Positions 61,945 to 64,000 of a stretch of DNA of 64,000 nt are shown piece after piece. The notes under the pieces are model-generated. The model had not been told where the DNA came from. It saw only the letters and a program-made list of their open reading frames with translations, and searched no databases. Source of the DNA: Chiloscyllium plagiosum (lineage: Eukaryota); assembly GCF_004010195.1 (NCBI RefSeq), contig NC_057757.1:179242-243241 (forward strand), given 5' to 3'. The position numbers were made by a program, and so were the translations under genes. Positions within the stretch are counted from its first letter, which is position 1. Each line of letters begins with the position of its first letter.

Positions 61945-64000
61945 GTCACTGTGTGAGGGTCAGCAACAGTCCCTGTGTGAGGGTCATTATCAGTCTCTGT
62001 GTGAGGGTCAGTATCAGTCTCTGTATGAGGGTCAGCATCAGTCACTGTGTGTGGGTCAGTATCAGTCTCTGTGTGTGGGTCAGTATCAGTCTCTGTGTGT
62101 GGGTCAGTATCGGTCTCTGTGTGAGGGTCAGTATCAGTCACTGTGTGTGGGTCAGTATCGGTCTCTCTGTGTGGGTCAGTATCAGTCATTGTGTGTGGGT
62201 CAGTATCAGTCTCTGTGTGTGGGAAAGTGTCAGTCTCTGTGTAAGGGTCAGTATCAGTCTCTGTGTGATGGTCAGTATCAGTCTCTGTGTGAGGGTCAGT
62301 GTCAGTCTCTGTGCGGTGGTCAGTGTCAGTCTCTGTGCGGTGGTCAGTATCTGTCTCTGTGTGTGGGTCGGTATGGATCTCTGTGTGTGGGTCAGTATCG
62401 GTATCTGTGTGAGGGTCAGTATCGGTCTCTGTGTGTGGATCAGTATCAGTCTCTGTGTGAGGGTCAGTATCAGTCTGTGTGTGTGGGTCAGTATCAGTCT
62501 CTGTGTGTGGGTCAGTATCGGTCTCTGTGTGAGGGTCAGTGTCAGTCTCTGTGTGGTGGTCAGTATCGGTCTCTGTGTGTGGGTCAGTATCAGTGGGTCA
62601 GTATGAGTCTCTGTGTGTGGGTCAGTATCGGTATCTGTGTGAGGGTCAGTATCGGTCTCTGTGTGTGGGTCAGTATCAGTCTGTGTGTGAGGGTCAGTAT
62701 CAGTCTGTGTGTGTGGGTCAGTATCGGTCTCTGTGTGTGGGTCAGTATCAGTCATTGTGTGTGGGTCAGTATCAGTCTCTGTGTGTGGGAAAGTGTCAGG
62801 CTCTGTGTAAGGGTCAGTGTCAGTCTCTGAGTGATGGTCAGTATCAGTCTCTGTGTGATGGTCAGTATCAGTCTATGTGTGAGGGTTAGATTTGATTAGA
62901 TTACATTACATTACAGCGCGGAAACAGGCCCTTCGGCCCAACTAGTCCACACCGACCCGCCGAAACGCAACCCACCCATGCCCCTACATTTACCCCTTAC
63001 CTAACACTACGGGCAATTTAGCATGGCCAATTCACCTAACCTGCACATCTTTGGACTATGGGAGGAAACCGGAGCACCCGGAGGAAACCCACGCAGACAC
63101 GGGGAGAATGTGCAAACTCCACACAGACAGTTGCCTGAGGCAGGAATTGAACCCTGGTCTCTGGCGCTGAGAGGCAGCAGTGCTAACCACTGTGCCACCG
63201 TGCTGCCCACCAGTCAGTGTCAGTCTCTGTGTGTTGGTCAGTGTCAGTCTCTGTGTGATGGTCAGTATCAGTCTCTGTGTGTGGGTCAGTATCAGTCTCT
63301 GTGTGATGGTCAGTATCAGTCTCTGTGTGTGGGTCAGTATCGGTCTCTGTGTGAGAGTCAGTATCAGTCTCTGTGTGTGGGTCAGTATCGGTCTCTGTGT
63401 GGGTCAGTATCGATCTCTGTGTGTGGGTCAGTATCGGTCTGTGTGTATGGGTCAGTGTCAGTATCTGTGTGTGGGTCAGTATCAGTCTCTGTGTGAGGTT
63501 CAGTATCAGTCTCTGTGTGTGGGTCAGTATCAGTCAGTGTGTGTGAGGGTCTGTATCAGTGTCTGTGTGTGGGTCAGTATCAGTCTCTCTATGATGGTCG
63601 GTATCAGTCTCTGTGTGTGGGTCAGAACCAGTCTGTGTGTGAGGGTCAGTATCAGTCTCTTTGTGTGGGTCACCATTGGTCTCTGTGTGAGGGTCACCAT
63701 TGGTCTCTGTGTGAGGGTCAGTATCAGTCTGTGTGTGTGGGTCAGTATCAGTCTCTGTGTGAGGGTCATTGTCAGTCTCTGTATGAGGGTCAGTATCAGT
63801 CACTGTGTGTGAGGGTCTGTATCAGTGTCTGTGTGAGGGTCAGTATCAGTCTCTGTGTGTGGGTCAGTATCAGTCTCTCTATGATGGTCGGTATCAGTCT
63901 CTGTGTGTGGGTCAGAACCAGTCTGTGTGTGTTGGTCAGTATCAGTCTCTGTGTGAGGGTCAGTATAAGTCTCTGTGTGTGGGTCAGTATCAGTCTCTGT
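61945..64000. repeat. 24 bp minisatellite (GTGTGGGTCAGTATCAGTCTCTGT)
   Basis: Tandem array, interrupted by a SINE at 62886-63208. Confidence 0.97.
62886..63208 (-). mobile_element. HE1-like SINE, full length, young
   Basis: Intact head, V-domain and CR1-like tail with terminal (TAATC)n repeats. Confidence 0.93.

Noticed and set aside
61872..63812. Cys/Gln-rich or TDTDPH-repeat ORFs
   Set aside because: They are translations of the 24-bp minisatellite.

Overview
Repeat-dominated vertebrate genomic DNA. It is almost certainly from a shark or other elasmobranch, because it carries HE1-type SINEs and HER1/CR1 LINEs with matching 3' tails. Most of the window is decayed retroelements: two CR1-clade LINE families, a Rex1/Babar LINE end, Penelope-like elements, tRNA-derived SINEs, solo LTRs and a Copia relic. 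It also holds Tigger-like MITEs and at least six minisatellite families (20, 24, 25, 33, 53 and 70 bp units). Nearly all long ORFs in the supplied track are repeat artefacts. The one recognisable host coding sequence is absent from the ORF track: a 117-nt minus-strand first coding exon (23335-23219) encoding the Cys-rich alpha-type N-terminus of a DLG/PSD-95-family MAGUK. A second CpG/CCAAT promoter (~2600-2950) with a candidate first coding exon (1183-1054) may belong to an unidentified gene. The most interesting non-coding signals are about ten minimal hammerhead ribozyme motifs carried by Penelope-related families, including a short foldback element whose target-site duplication is shown by an empty paralogous site, and two minisatellites that appear to have been born inside SINEs. 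Two 500-N gaps make order and orientation across them uncertain. Repeat boundaries are approximate, and family assignments come from recalled motifs, not searches.
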